From: Lama glama
Lineage: Eukaryota
DNA: 64,000 bases
NCBI GenBank assembly: GCA_028534125.1
Contig: CM052816.1
Location: 2,232,001-2,296,000, forward strand
Direction: 5' to 3'
The notes beneath the pieces are model-generated. The model saw nothing but the letters and a program-made list of their open reading frames with translations. It was not told the origin of the DNA and did not search any database. Below, piece by piece: positions 37,160 through 50,889 of the stretch. Within the stretch, counting starts at the first letter, position 1. Each line of letters opens with the position of its first letter. The position numbers were made by a program, and so were the translations under genes.

Positions 37160-37555
37160 CCCTATGAGCACTGACCTTCCTTCTCTTCCATCATTCCTCT
37201 TCCCCAAATACACTGAGCTCATTCCTGCCTCAGGACTTTTGCACTCGCTCTTCATCTCCTTGGGGAGTTCTTCTGCCACATCATTTGATGGCTGGATACT
37301 TGGATTTCAGATAAAATGCCACCTCCTTAGAGAGGCCTTCCTTAGTCACCCAATCAAAACGGGCTCCCGCCTGGGCATCTCCCCTATTTTATCTTCTTCT
37401 TGGAACTTCTCACATTCCGAAATTGGCTTTCCTTGCTTATTAGCGGCTGAAAACCCCTTTTTTTTTGTCCCTAATACAGACTTAGGTCTTGACGGGCTGG
37501 TACTTGAGCTTGTTCACTGCTGCTCCTCTAGAACATGGAGTAATGCCTGGCTGGC
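37160..37555 (+). mobile_element. L2a 3' fragment, flanked by two halves of a minus-strand MIR
   Basis: 'ttcctgcctcaggacttttgcactcgc...aaatgccacctccttagagaggccttcc'. MIR halves at ~37065-37130 and ~37570-37675. Confidence 0.8.
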
Positions 37556-38977
37556 CCTTATTCCTATGACTCAGTGACTTATCCAAGCTAACACGCTAGC
37601 AGGTGGTGGAGTTGGGGTTCACACTCATAACTGTGTGACCCTGGAACCTGAGCTGTTGACTAACGTGCTGTTTTCTTGCTCAGTTTCCACATCTGTGCAC
37701 CACAGTCCCGCCAGCTTTTCTGTGTGTTTGCGCTTACTGCTGCTTAGAACGGCCAGTGGGAACATATAAACAGAGGGCACCAGTTAAGTGCCGGCAGCAC
37801 AATCCAGAGTCATCCACACTGTCCTGACCCACGGAAAGAGACACCAGGTTCAGATCAGCAATGAGCTTTTTCTGTCCAGCACGTGTCACAGTTCAGGAGA
37901 CAGAAGCCGAGTCTACTGTCCAGTGGTCTGGATTAGTTTAGCACAAGTGTCCAAGGGTTTTGAAGTGTCTGTGTTTGTCCTACTGAGAAGAGAAGAGGTA
38001 TTTTCGCCCTGAGCCTTAACGAGTAGATGGGATTCAGTTACTCCCTCCCTCCCATGGTTCCACTGTGTTACCTCCTGTAGGTTCATGCATCCTCCATGAT
38101 TTTTAGTGAGTTATCTGGGATCTTTTGGCCAGATAGAAACTAGCAATCAGGCTGGTTTCAAAGAATATCTCGTTCCATACCAGTCAAGGATATTTTAAAG
38201 GACAAATTTAATGAAGACCCAAGTGCCGCAGACCATTTTTATGTAAATAATACCTGAAGTGTAGTCAATCAGACGGAAAACAGGGATGTATGTATATTAG
38301 AAGATAGCAGGAGAGTGGGAGGAGAGAGGGCTTCAGCCAGGAGTCTGTACTGGGAGGCCAGAAGCGGCTGTGGGTGAGAACTGGACCTGGAGTCTGAAGT
38401 TTCCCATCAGGCTTGTCTGCTCCTAATTTGTCCTATGATCTTAAGGATGTTTGAAAGCCTTGGGCCAGGGTTCTCCAAGCTGTAAGAGGAGGCAGTGGGC
38501 AGATATGCAAGATCATAACTACTGAGGACACCTTTTGTCATTTTCTCCTACAAACCTCTTGGGATGATATTTTTTTTTCAGCCTAATTGTATTTATTAAG
38601 CATCGCATTCTCTATTTTAAAATTATTCGAAGCCACATGAAACTGCCAATTCAGAGTTCCTTGTGTGTGTGAGATAACCAGGGTTTCCAAACGGAATCGA
38701 TATGATCCCGTATCAACAAAGGAGAGTTCCTGAATGTGTTGGGATGCAACCTTACTGTGGATGAGTCAGCATTCCCTCTCTGCAATGTTGTTCCCATCAC
38801 TACATTTGAAACTCTTCATTGGAAGCCACTAGATTGGCTGATCTCATTCATCCCGATGTATCAACAGTTTGTATCAACTCCTCCTCATTGGAGGAGTCTG
38901 AAAAGAGTGGTTCAGCAGGCAGGTTGGGTGGAGAATGTAGACTGTGCGAAGTTGAGTGTGGAAGTTTGACCTGATAG

Positions 38978-39560
38978 GCTTTATTTTGTAGAGCAGTTTT
39001 AGGTTTACAGAAAAACAAGGGGGAAGCTCCCAGAGTTCACTGACTCCCTTAATACCCACCCCCCCAGTTTCCCTTATTATTATCATGTTGCATTAGTATG
39101 ATACATTTGTTATAACTGATGTGCCAATATTGATACATTATTGTTAATTAACATCCATAGTTGACACTAGGACTCACTACGTTACACAGTCTATGGGTTT
39201 GTACAAATGCACGATGTTATGTATCTCCCATTACAGGGTCATACAGAATGGTTTCATGTCCCTAAAAATCCTCTGTGCTACACTTGTTTATCTTCCCTTC
39301 TGCTTCCCTAACTCCTGGCAATTACTGATCTTTTTACCATCTCCATAGTTTTCCCCTTTCCAAAATGTCATGTATTTGGAAATTATACAGTATACAATCT
39401 TTACAGATTGGCTTTTTTCATTTAGCAAGTTGCACTGAAGGTTCTTTCATGTCTTTTGGCTCCTCCATAGGTCATTCCTTTTTTATTGCTGCATAATATT
39501 CCATCCTATGTATTACTTGTTTGTTTATCCATTCACCTATTGAAAGACATTCTGGTTGCT
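38978..39560 (-). mobile_element. L1MC-type 3' end
   Basis: 'tttattttgtagagcagttttaggtttacagaaaaa...ccaatattgatacattatt...tttatccattcacctattgaaagacat'. Confidence 0.85.
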
Positions 39561-39574
39561 GATGCCTTTTACTT

Positions 39575-40230
39575 GGTTGAATTTTTTATTGTTATAATGG
39601 TAGGTTCACATGTGGTTGCACACAGTTACACAGAGTGATTCTGTGTATCCTTTACCCAGGCTCCCCAGTGGAAATATTTTTGTAAAACTATTAAGCTATA
39701 TTATGTTGTACTACAAAGTAGCCATATACAATATAAACATTGATATAATCCACTCATCTTATGCAAATATTTTATTTGTACTCTTTGTATATGTTTTTAG
39801 TTCTATAAAATTTTATCATGTGTGGGGTCTGTGTATCTGTCACTACAGCCAATATATTGGACATATGTGTCACCACAAGGGTCCCTTCTGCTGTCCTTCC
39901 ATCACAGCACAGCCACCTTCCCTCTGTCCCTGACCCCTGGCAACCACCAATCTGTTGTGTGTCCAAGTTTCCTCTTATAAGGATGCCAATCAGATTAAAG
40001 CCCACCCTAACGGTCTCTTAATTACCTGTTTAAAGGCTCTGTCTCCAAATACAGTCCCATTCTGAGGTTCTAGGAATTCAACATATGAATTTTGAGGGGG
40101 CATAATTCAGCCCATAATATGCGATATGTCACCTTTTGGTATTGGCTTTTTTCACTTGATATAATTCTCCGGAGATTCATCCAGATGTATCGACAGTTTG
40201 TTCCTTTTCACTGCTGAGTATTATTCCACA
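39575..40230 (-). mobile_element. L1MD-type 3' end interrupted by an MLT1 fragment
   Basis: 'cctttacccaggctccccagtggaaatattttg...cccctggcaaccaccaatctgtt' resuming at 'tattggcttttttcact'. Confidence 0.75.
39965..40118 (-). mobile_element. MLT1A/B/C LTR 5' fragment
   Basis: 'tcttataagga...tctccaaatacagtcccattctgagg...caacatatgaattttgagggg...attcagcccataa'. Confidence 0.85.
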
Positions 40231-40458
40231 GAATGCTGCTTAATGCCTTTTTATTCCATATACTTCAGGCCAGTTCATTTCATGCCTTATATTGAGGGCT
40301 CTGAATTAATACAAACATAGAATAAGCTAAACATAGAGGTAAGAAAGCCATGTAACAGACCACCTTGAGCACTAATTTCCTTACGCTGAGGTATCATATA
40401 TAAGGATTGAAAACCAAGATTTATAATTTTTAAATTAGTATTGAAAATTAAGTTGTTA

Positions 40459-40644
40459 GTTAGCCACTATATATAAAAACAGATAAAACCAAATTTCTTC
40501 TGTATAGCACAGGGAATTATATTCATTATCTTGTAATAAATTTTAATGAAAATGAATATATATGTATGTATATGCATGACTGGGACATTGTGCTGTACAC
40601 TAGCAATTGACGCATTGTAACCAACTATACTTCAATTAAAAACC
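40459..40644 (+). mobile_element. Camelid L1 3' end, 5'-truncated
   Basis: 'ctgtatagcacagggaattatattca...tgcatgactgggacattgtgctgtacac'; TSD attaagttg(t/c)ta at 40447-40458 and 40645-40656. Confidence 0.88.
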
Positions 40645-41519
40645 ATTAAGTTGCTAAAATGGTCATATTTTAGAGGAGATACTTCTTACCAGAATATTCT
40701 AGATTTAAATATTGAAACTGTTTTTATGACTTGGTCTTTCCCCTGGTTCCATATTTGTTCTAGAAATGTTTAAAGATATAGATTTCAACTCTCTTTGGTT
40801 GCTTTTGTCTTAACCCTTCCTTCCACATGAGCTGCTACTTTGGTTAATGGGATTTTCCACTCATGACTGAATTTAGTTGCTTGTGTGTGTTTTGTTTTGT
40901 TTGTTTGTTTTGAAATTCTACTCATGAGACAGAGATCATGCTTCAGGAATCTGAGATGACATAGTTGGGACATACAAGGTCTCCTGTTTGAGAGGAAGGG
41001 AAGAAGGACTGAAGAATGATAGTGAGGAAATACTAACCAATAACTAAATTACCAGAGACCCCTCATCCATATGAAGCATTGAGAAAACTAGAATACATTG
41101 AGAAGAGACAGAAAATGTACAGACTGTTTTCAAAGCAGTAAGGTTTCATTTCATTTCAAGCCTAGGATGTAACAGGCTAATAGGCAGATGGTTTACAGAA
41201 AGTAAAATTACATAAACCAGTGAAATTTGCAATTCACAAGAGACCTAAATTATATAATTATATGTCGTGAACACAAAGGGCTTTAAATCTGTAAGATTTC
41301 ATGGTTAGACTGATCAAGCGGGGAACATGGAAGACGTAATTTCTCTATCCTTTTATTTAGAATAACGGTTTATGCTGGGTCCTCTTTATGGCAATTAAAA
41401 TGCTTCCAATTATCAGCCCAACACACTGTTTCCAACTTTCTGGTGCATCACCAGCAAAGCAACAACTCTGCTACGACTGCTGACATTTGCTCTAGAAGAA
41501 CCAAGAACCATACTGGCCA

Positions 41520-41680
41520 CTTTAAATAACATAAGCCTCACAGAACCCTTATGAGTTAAGTACTATTATCATTTCCATTTGGGAGTCAGGGACACTGGGG
41601 CTTAGAGAAGTTAAAAGTCACATCCACTAGGAAAGCTGGATAGTCAAGGATCATACATTTTAGGTTGAATTCTAATTCTA
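41520..41680 (-). mobile_element. MIR SINE
   Basis: 'cctcacagaacccttatgagttaagtactattatcatttccattt'. Confidence 0.7.
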
Positions 41681-41998
41681 AATAGATGGGGGTAGATAGT
41701 AAAAATTATCGTCTTTCAGGATATTTAGATCCAGGATATAACAGAGCAAATTCTGAACCACGGATGCGCCTAGAAATCAAAAACTTCAGTGTAAAATCTC
41801 TGAAGTCTGTGGATAGCTGTGGACTTGTGCTCTGCCCTTTGTACCCCTCACACTGAATACCCGCACCTGGAGGGTTGGACCAGAGAGAAGATACCATGAA
41901 ACACACGGGGTGTTCATCTGCACATCTCTGGATTGCTGTATCAAAAAGCCACACCCCTCCAATAAGTTGGAACATTCTGTTTCAGAACCCTCCCATAG

Positions 41999-42195
41999 CA
42001 GCACTGTCCAGTAGAATTTTCCGCAATGATGAAAATGTTCTTTAATTGTCCCGCCCAGTATAGTAGCCTCCAGCCACACGTGGCCACTGACCACCTGAAA
42101 TGTGGCTATGGAGACTCGGGAACAATGGAATTTTAAAAGTACGTAACCCGTTTAAATTTAAATAGCCACACACGTGGTTACCGTATTCGTGCAAT
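41999..42195. mobile_element. MER3 hAT-Charlie MITE
   Basis: 'cactgtccagtagaattttccgcaatgatgaaaatgttct...agccacacgtggccactgaccacctgaaatgtggcta'. Confidence 0.85.
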
Positions 42196-44219
42196 TCTAG
42201 AGAGTAAAATTCTAATACATACCTGTTCCTCGTCTTACTCTGGGCCAGGGGTGTGAGGAAGGAGGGCAGAAAGGGAAGGGGTGGTCGAGCCCAAACGTAA
42301 AATCATTCTCCATGTTTATCTGTCCCAGATTCAAGCTGGGTTTTGTTGACAAAATTTGGGAAGGTTGAAGATTTGGCAGGCCTGCCCGTCCCCTTGCCTG
42401 CATGAATGTGTCAGCACCTCATTAATCTTGTGTTAAACTGTAAAGGCCTCTTTCCCTCCCACTATAGGCTTATTTTTAAAGGACTTCTCAGTGCCCCTTT
42501 GCATCTCACCATTAGGTATTTTTTCTTTTACTTTACAAGTTGTTCTGTGGATTAATTTCAGCATTTATTTTTAACTATATCCTGGTCATTTGCAAGTCGG
42601 AATGAGAGAAATTATTTGGGGTTGGGAAGTTAAAATGTATTGTGTTAAGAGTTTTTTGAGGAACATATTAGGTGTTTATTTTCTAGAAATTAAAGGCATG
42701 AGGATTCTCTGTGTCATCTTTCTTCCGTTATAATTAGTCATTCAATGAAGTGATTCTGTCACACATGTGGTCGTGATGATCCTGCTCTTGCCAAGAAAAG
42801 AAAAACATACAGGGTGTAGTTTTTTTCTTCTCAACCGTTTTTTGACATTTGTGGAATTAGATGACAATGTCTTTAAACGATACTGAATATTTTAAGCCCG
42901 TAGCACTCTGTCTTACAGGTGCATGGTGGATTGTCATTGTGTGTGTGTGTGTTTTTTTTTTTTTCTTAAGACAGACATCTAGAATAACCACTTTCTGTAT
43001 TTCCTGACACTGGAAACAGAGACCGTTTGGCATTCCTTTTATAGTTTCTTTAGCTAACGACTCCAGTGACCACTCAATTGTGGTCGTGTAGTAAATCAAA
43101 ATCTCTTTGAAAGACCCAGCTCTGTTACATAATTGTAGATGTCCCAGGAAGTCCTCTCCTCGACTGAAAAAGAAGAGTTTCCATTGCTTTAAATAAGACA
43201 GAGTCTGCCACTACTCAGAGCACTTTTTGAAAAGAAAAGAATGGAGGGCTTTCTCCTCTCCTCCTCCTCCTTCCCTCCTTCTTGTAAATTCACCTGCAAT
43301 GGATGAAGCACACGCAGAGGCTGCAGGCTGTCACATCTGGTTGGTCAATCATGAAGAAAGAGAAAAAAAAAAAAAAACCACTTTGCAAACTGCTGCTTCG
43401 AACTTACTGGGTCCTTCCATGAATGACTTGCCCTGGCTGGAATTTTGAGTTTCAGAGTGACTACTAACAGAATACTCTGAGTCCCCGAATGGGCTCTCTT
43501 AATTGTTCACTTTGCTTTTCCATAAAATAGAGTTAAAAAATAACATGGGGTGGGGAGGGCCTGGATCTTGCTAGGGGGGTCAAGGTGGGGACCCTGAGGG
43601 AGGATGGAGAGAACCCCCAGAGGGCCCGCCCCCCGCTGCAGTCATCACTGGGAGACCCCAGGGCAGATGACCACAGGCGTGGCTTCCTGGCTTCCGCATC
43701 TGGGTCAAGAAAGACCAGGGCCTGGATAGAAGGAGCGGGGCCTCAGGCCCGCAGAGGGAGGGCCCAGAAGGGAAAAAGAAAGAAGCCGATTTGGTTGCCA
43801 TCTTGGAGGCAGGGGGCAGGGAACCTCTCATGTTTTTCCAGGATGCCTTTGGGTCAAAGAGAGGGACAGTGGGAGCATTCGGTCTGGCAGACAGACACTG
43901 GTGGGGGGTCGACAGAGGGGGCTGCTTCTCCAGGCAGGGCTTGCAGTTCGCAGGCCCAGCGTCCTCCCCTCTGCCCAACTCGGGTGAGGAGATCGTAGCC
44001 TTGCACAAGACGCTCCAAGTCAGGGCCCCCTTTCCCCAACTTGGAGAAAATGCTTCCTCAGAAACTGGGGCCTCAGCATGTGCCAATCCTTGCAGAGCGG
44101 TTCACCTCTTCAGGGGCTAAAGGCTCTCAAAACGAAGAACAATTAAAGCCAGAGTCTTTCCAAGCACCTGGGGAATTGAGCAAAAATAAATCAGAAATCC
44201 TCAGCCTCAGCTCTGGAGG

Positions 44220-44620
44220 CCCGCCTCATTATGAGAGCAGGTCTATTAGCCCTCTTGCCATTGTCTTTCATTTCTCAAGTGAGGTGATTCTAATTAAATT
44301 AATCTGCATGTCAATCTATCGGTGATCAATCAAAGAGCCTGAGGTCCCCCCTATGCTGCGGGGTGCTCGCGGCTGACAGGGGCTGATAATGGAGGAAGAA
44401 ATAAACTGTCGAGCAAAGTTAATTAGTCAACATAATAGGTGGATTAAACGGGAGCCGGCTGATTGCTGTTCCCCATGTCAAAGCATGAGGTGGGGGGGCG
44501 AAGCCGCAATTACAGACAATTATTATATTTGGTTGTAAGAGGTCGCATGAATAAACATATCTCTGTGGGTTTCACTTTTAATCCTCCTCCCCATTTAATA
44601 TAAGGAGAAGTGTAGGTCAT
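44220..44620. promoter_or_regulatory. Candidate conserved non-coding enhancer
   Basis: Repeat-free and dense in TAATTA, ATCAATCAAAG, TGACAG and GGATTA motifs, with retained CpGs. Conservation is inferred, not measured. Confidence 0.55.
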
Positions 44621-45102
44621 TCCTTCTCATTGTTTTAGTCAAAGTTCTCTGCGAAAACGCCTTTGCCTGTGTCCCTCCTTGGCAAACTCAGTTCAGTTTA
44701 TTGAGATGGCCAGAGGAGATCTGAATTGTTCCTTGGGCCAAGGCTACCCTTTTTAAAAATTTTTTAAAAAAATTTTTTGGCTTTGAAACACAGATTTAAC
44801 ACCACCCTTAACTAGCGAGGATTTTGGGGTGGTAGTGGCGGTGATGGTGGGGAAAAGAGCTTTGCTCTGATGTCTGATTAACTGAACTCACGTGGGAAGG
44901 GAAAAGTACAAGAACCTCCCCCAAAAAAGACACCCAGGACAGAAAGCCGTATCCCAGCTCTTACTGAAACCTCTCTTTTTTCATTTCTCTGTCCTCTTAA
45001 CCCAGACACCGTGGAGGGCGGGGGTTGGGGGGTGAGGACGGGAATATTTTAAAGATTCAAAAGACTTTTATTTGCATTATCAACTGTGATATCTGCTTCA
45101 GT

Positions 45103-45284
45103 NNNNNNNNNNNNNNNNNNNNNNNNNNNNNNNNNNNNNNNNNNNNNNNNNNNNNNNNNNNNNNNNNNNNNNNNNNNNNNNNNNNNNNNNNNNNNNNNNN
45201 NNNNNNNNNNNNNNNNNNNNNNNNNNNNNNNNNNNNNNNNNNNNNNNNNNNNNNNNNNNNNNNNNNNNNNNNNNNNNNNNNNNN
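45103..45284. other. N-run, 182 nt, 160 nt upstream of the exon acceptor
   Basis: Direct reading. Confidence 0.95.
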
Positions 45285-45378
45285 TAGCTCCTCTTGTTAG
45301 ATCTGTACAGCATAAGCACCAGTTATTATGTGAAATAGCTACGCAATTTTCTTCAGCTCCCAGCTGTTATTTATTTAA

Positions 45379-45744
<366 letters not shown>

Positions 45745-46310
45745 TGAGGCCCAGTGCTTCTCGTTGTGCAACCCTCCACCCTGAAAATGGCTCATGCCTC
45801 CTTCCTTCCGGCTGAGAGACCGAGGGAGGCTGGACCACTGCCTTAGTTGAAGCGCTCACTGGATTAAAGAATAAAGAAAGGCCAAAGCAGAGCAGCACAC
45901 ATCACGACATATTTTGAGTTTAGAGCTGATTGGTTGTGTAATGAACTTCACTGTCTTTGCAGTCCTGCTGGTGTGTCTCTGTGACTACATTCTGACCCTC
46001 ACTTGGAGATAAGGTACAAAGTCTAGGTCAGAGGTGTTCTCTGAGCATACAGTCTGAGCTAACTGTCCCTTCCATGCCCAGTGCACACCCCTCCCCTCAT
46101 CACCACATGATGCAGCCTGCTTTCTGTAGGTAGACTTTGGTGGATAGAAATCACATTTATCTTGATTTTATGGCTAATCAGTTGTGTCTTTGAGAGGACG
46201 AGAGGAAATCAGATAAAAATTTGAACCAAGGGAAGTGAATGCTGCTCAGAGGAACCATAGGTTGGATTGAGCCTATGCCAAATGTTTCAGTGCTACATGT
46301 ATATATAATG

Positions 46311-46460
46311 TATCCATCTGTCTATCCATTCATCAGTCCGTCCTTTCATCAACCCATCTATTCGTCTGCCCATCTATTTGTCCATCCATCCATCTATTAT
46401 CTATCCATCCATCCATTATCCATCCATCCATCCATTGTCCATCCATCCATCCATCCACCC
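46311..46460. repeat. Degenerate (TCCA)n tetranucleotide repeat
   Basis: Direct reading. Confidence 0.9.
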
Positions 46461-47414
46461 AAGAAACAGTGACTGGCATGCTACAGGATACCAATCAACC
46501 ATGCTCAATTTTCCCCAATCTCCTCAAGTTAAACTCGAGTCATTTCCCCACCTCACTTTCCAGTTTGCTAGGCCATCGAGATTCTTTTAAAAACACTGCC
46601 ACACAAATTACCACCTGATTGCCTGGTTTTCCGATGTGCTATGAGCTGTCTTATGATCTAGTTCAAAAGGTAGAAACCTTCTTTCTCCACTGTCATCATT
46701 TCTGCCAGATTTTTTTTTGTCCTGCACTTAAGGAATATACAAACTGTACTTTTTATTAATTAGCCAGATGTAAGACTCGTAGAAGGGATTCTTTGCCACA
46801 TCCAGTTTTACAGTCTTTTTAAAGTAAACCATCATCTTTCAAAAGCTGCTTCTTTATGGTTTCATTAGTGCGGAGATGGATGGATATTACTTTTTGCAGG
46901 AGGCCATTTGAAACACCTGCTCATGATTACATTCCGAGTTCCACTGCTGCACTTAAAATTATTCTGATCCTCACTTTACAGTAATGGTGCCTTTTTAATA
47001 CCCTTGGAGTCACTTCAGGCATTGCATGATTAGAGATGTTGAGGTGGAAGGAAGAAGGGTAAAAAAATAGGTAAATACTGAGTGGATACAACTTGGAGAG
47101 CGTGACAGCTGAAGTCTTGTTTTCGACTGTGGCTGGTTAGATACTGTCCTGCCTGGGAACAGACTTGCCTGTCAGTTGGGTAGCTGACCGTTATGGGTTC
47201 ACAGGTTCAACATGTGCTCCAAGTGCAGACCCCACCCAGCTCTCATTCCTGCCCTTGGGAAGCTAGCAGGAGAGCAAATGACATCATGCAAGTCATCCCT
47301 CCACCAAAAAAATCCCAACACAAACCAATAAAAAAACAACCTGCTAGCCAGGACACTTCCAGGGCATGGCGGTCAGGAACATTATTTTATGTTGTGATGT
47401 GGAGGAAGGCACCT

Positions 47415-47545
47415 TGAAATAAGAGCCGGGGAACCTAATTTCAGCTGAGTTTCACCTCTGGCCTTTGTGTGACCTTAGACAAGTCACCTTACCTCTTGAA
47501 ATCCTTAGTTGCCTTCTTGGCAAAATGAAGGTGATGATCTGTTGG
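47415..47545 (+). mobile_element. MIR fragment
   Basis: 'tgtgtgaccttagacaagtcaccttacctctt...agttgccttcttggcaaaatg'. Confidence 0.75.
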
Positions 47546-49316
47546 GGGTTTAAAAAAAAATGTGTACCTTGGGTGAGGGCAGGTCACGTATAAAGCAGAA
47601 GTGGGCTGGGTGGAGACTGCGGAAGACGGGCGAGTTCATGCTCGGCCGGCCACCCCAGCCCCAGGCAGCTGTCACCGAGGTCAGGGAGAGCCCGCGGGGG
47701 CCAGATGTCCCAGTTTGGCCAGAATGAGAACTCTCCAATTTTTTAATTGCTGGTAACTAGATTACAAATGTTTTAGCCCCTAAAGGGAAGACAGGCAGGG
47801 AAAAGTCACTTGGGAAGAAGACAGCCGTAGGCTCACAGTTTGAGATTTCTGGATCAAAACATCTCTAAGCTGCCTCCCAGCTCAAATTGTCTCTCTTCTA
47901 GTTGGGCATGTTATAATAGTGCAGTTGGGCAATCATTTTATTCTCAGTTTTAAAGACAACGTTTTATTCCTCTGCTCCAGTTGACCAGTCCACAAATGGC
48001 CATGTTCTTCTTGCCATCTTATTCAAGAGAGCGATGACACTTCATTGTTGATTCGTGGTCAACTATCCCCGGGACCTGGGTCTAGCCTGTCTCCTTCAGC
48101 CAGGTTTCCTCCCTCCTGCCAAAACCTGACTTCACTGCTCCCCAGAAGAATAAAAAAGCAGACACTCTGAGGTTCTTAGTAAGAACAACAGTGTGGAAAT
48201 CTGCTTCTCTGCAGAATGAATCAACCAACCACGCATAACCACCCACACTCATTGAGACACTTCAGGGAGATGCATAAATACCTACTCAGCGGAGAGTGAC
48301 TGTGGGCTCTGTCACTGGGGATGTGTGGGAGTGGACTCGGATGCTAATTCATGTCGATCTGAGGGTAGGGTAATACTTCATCTCTCCGTTGAAGAATTCT
48401 GTTGGAAACTGCCCCGTTTGGGATGCTCAGAACCACGTCCCCTTCTTGGCCCCTCCCTCCCCCGCCCCCACGGCACAGGGAGACCCCGCAGTCACCCCAC
48501 CTCATAGGTGACCTGGGGCAGCCTTCGTTTTCCCTCATCTGGGGCTTTTTACCATCTCACTTACAGGTAGCCTGAATTCTTTTGAGCTCTTCTGCACACC
48601 CCTAGTTGTATTCCCCTTGTCAGATGGCCGGAGGAGAGTTCTCTTTCGTGGCTCATCTGCCTGCATATCAGAGAAACAGAGACCACGCTTCACATTCACG
48701 CCGTCTTGCCTATGTGACCCCACGGACCCGCAAACCTCTGTGCTCGAATAACTGTCCCTGTGTTCCAAGCAGGAGAGTTGACGAAGGCAAATGGGTCTCA
48801 TAGACACTTGTGTGGTCCAGACAGTGAATCCTGGCACGCGGTAGCTCATGGCAGTTGCTCTCCCCTATTTTTTTCTTCATTCATAAATACTGAGATTTTC
48901 TTTGGCTGGATGTTTATGAGAGAGTTTAGGCCAGTGAGGTTTCCTCTATAAGCAGTAGCTTTATGGAAGATGTACCGTTGTGGAGAGAGGTAGCCTCAGA
49001 GCCTAACTGCTCTCAGGGTTCTGATTTTTGAAAAACAAGCTTGGGGCCAAAGATGTAGAGCTGACCCCACCCAATGGGGAATGCAGGGCTTCAGCCTGCG
49101 GGCGCGTCCCGCCTTCCCATCACTTGGGCAGATTCCTGGGGACTGTGTGCTCAGGGTCTCCAAGGGGCTTGGGGAGTGTGTTCTCATCGTTCTCCTGCCT
49201 TTCGGGTTGTGTTTACTTGCGTGAAGGCAGATCGTGGCATCAGTTTCTCTGTTTCTTTCCCCCTGTGGCAAAGTGCGGTGCCCTCACAAACCTACGGTGC
49301 GGGGACCCTGTCAGCT

Positions 49317-49448
49317 NNNNNNNNNNNNNNNNNNNNNNNNNNNNNNNNNNNNNNNNNNNNNNNNNNNNNNNNNNNNNNNNNNNNNNNNNNNNNNNNNNNN
49401 NNNNNNNNNNNNNNNNNNNNNNNNNNNNNNNNNNNNNNNNNNNNNNNN
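49317..49448. other. N-run, 132 nt, in unique sequence
   Basis: Direct reading. Confidence 0.95.
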
Positions 49449-50564
49449 GGTGAACTCACCGGCAGCATTTATGCAAATGCCTGTGAATGCACTCCAGTGG
49501 CTTTGTCAGGGAGCTGGCTGACAAGCAGTTTAAATGCTCAGCTTTTTTAGGGGACATTTTTTTTTTTTTAGCACGCATGTGTTTTTCTCCCTTCCTCCCT
49601 CCCCTCTCTCCCCGTTCTGCCCTGTTGGAGGACTTGCCTCCTCCATGATCACTGGGGAAATCTAAGCCAGTCAGGGAGCTCAGCTGGCCATCAGTAGGCA
49701 TCCTTTCCAGGAGTAGGTTTAAGGTCCCACTCCGGTGGTCTTCAGATTTAGGTTTGTTTTTTTTTTTTAATGTTGTTATGAGTTCGTACAACCTTCACAC
49801 TGATGGGAAAAAAATCAGTAGAACTATATGAATCAAGAGTTTTTAGAAGATGAACATTTTAATGTTCATGAGGTCTGACCTGAGGTCTTACTTAGTTTCT
49901 TGGCTCTAATATAGATGTTTTAAAAATACCCTGGCTTTTTGAAATGGAAAACGATTGAAATTTAGTTTTGCAAGCATTAGATGTGGATGGATTAAATCTC
50001 CCTTCAAAGTAATTACAGCAATTGAGATGTGAAGTGTAACTGTGCCAGGATCCCAAAATAAAACAAGTCAAAACACAAGTGGGGCTTGGCCACCCTAAAA
50101 ACACTGTGGAATAAAGAGTGGCGTTCGAATCGCTGGGCCCATCTCCCTGCTGTAGCTACAGCATTAGAGACGTAGAGGCAGATTTTCACTACCACCAGTT
50201 CGTTCTGACCTTTCCATTGCAGTGTCCCCGTCCAGCTGTCCCTGACAATATGGTGTTACCCTTGCTCTTTAGCATTTGACCTCCTCTGATCCCTTTGCTC
50301 CAGATAGAAGCAGCATTTGCTTCTGCTGGTTGCCCCTGGGTATCCAGCCCCGTTGACCCCCTGTGCCCAGCTGCACTTAAATTTGTTGTTTTATGGATGT
50401 GCGGAGAAAGATGGTCCAGGCTTGGGGAGATCACTCCAAACTGAGAGACAGCACACAGCTTCGTAAGAAAGGAGAGGTCGCCTCTCCTCCCCACTGTGTG
50501 ATGAGGCCCTGAGAAGGGGCTTACTAGCCAGTGTCGGCAGGGTCTAATAGGAGAAGGGTCAGCT

Positions 50565-50700
50565 GTCTGGCTGGAGAGCTGGATTCCGGTCCTGACTCTG
50601 CCATTAACTGGCTCTCTGGCTCTGAGAAGGTCCCTTGGCTTCTGTGGCCTCAGATTTGTGTGTTTTCGCAGAGCTGTGTAGGGCCATCTGTAGACCTTTT
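50565..50700 (+). mobile_element. MIR fragment
   Basis: 'ctggattccggtcctgactctgccattaact...gcctcagattt'. Confidence 0.65.
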
Positions 50701-50889
50701 AGTGCGCACGATTTCTTGGTGCTCTGAACTGAAGCCACTGACACGTGCCTTCCCTCATCTGGTACCTCCGGGGGTGCCTTTGGAGAAGCAGGCCCTCGGG
50801 AGAACAGGGAAGTCCACTGGCTGCTCCTAGTAGGGCCCTTTCTTTGGATCTCCAGCCAAGGGATAAGGCGTCAGTAAGGTGGACTTGAG

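Noticed and set aside
43560-44120. GC-rich stretch as a CpG island or internal promoter
   Set aside because: G/C-rich but CpG density looks modest and there is no clear core promoter. Not supportable without CAGE or methylation data.
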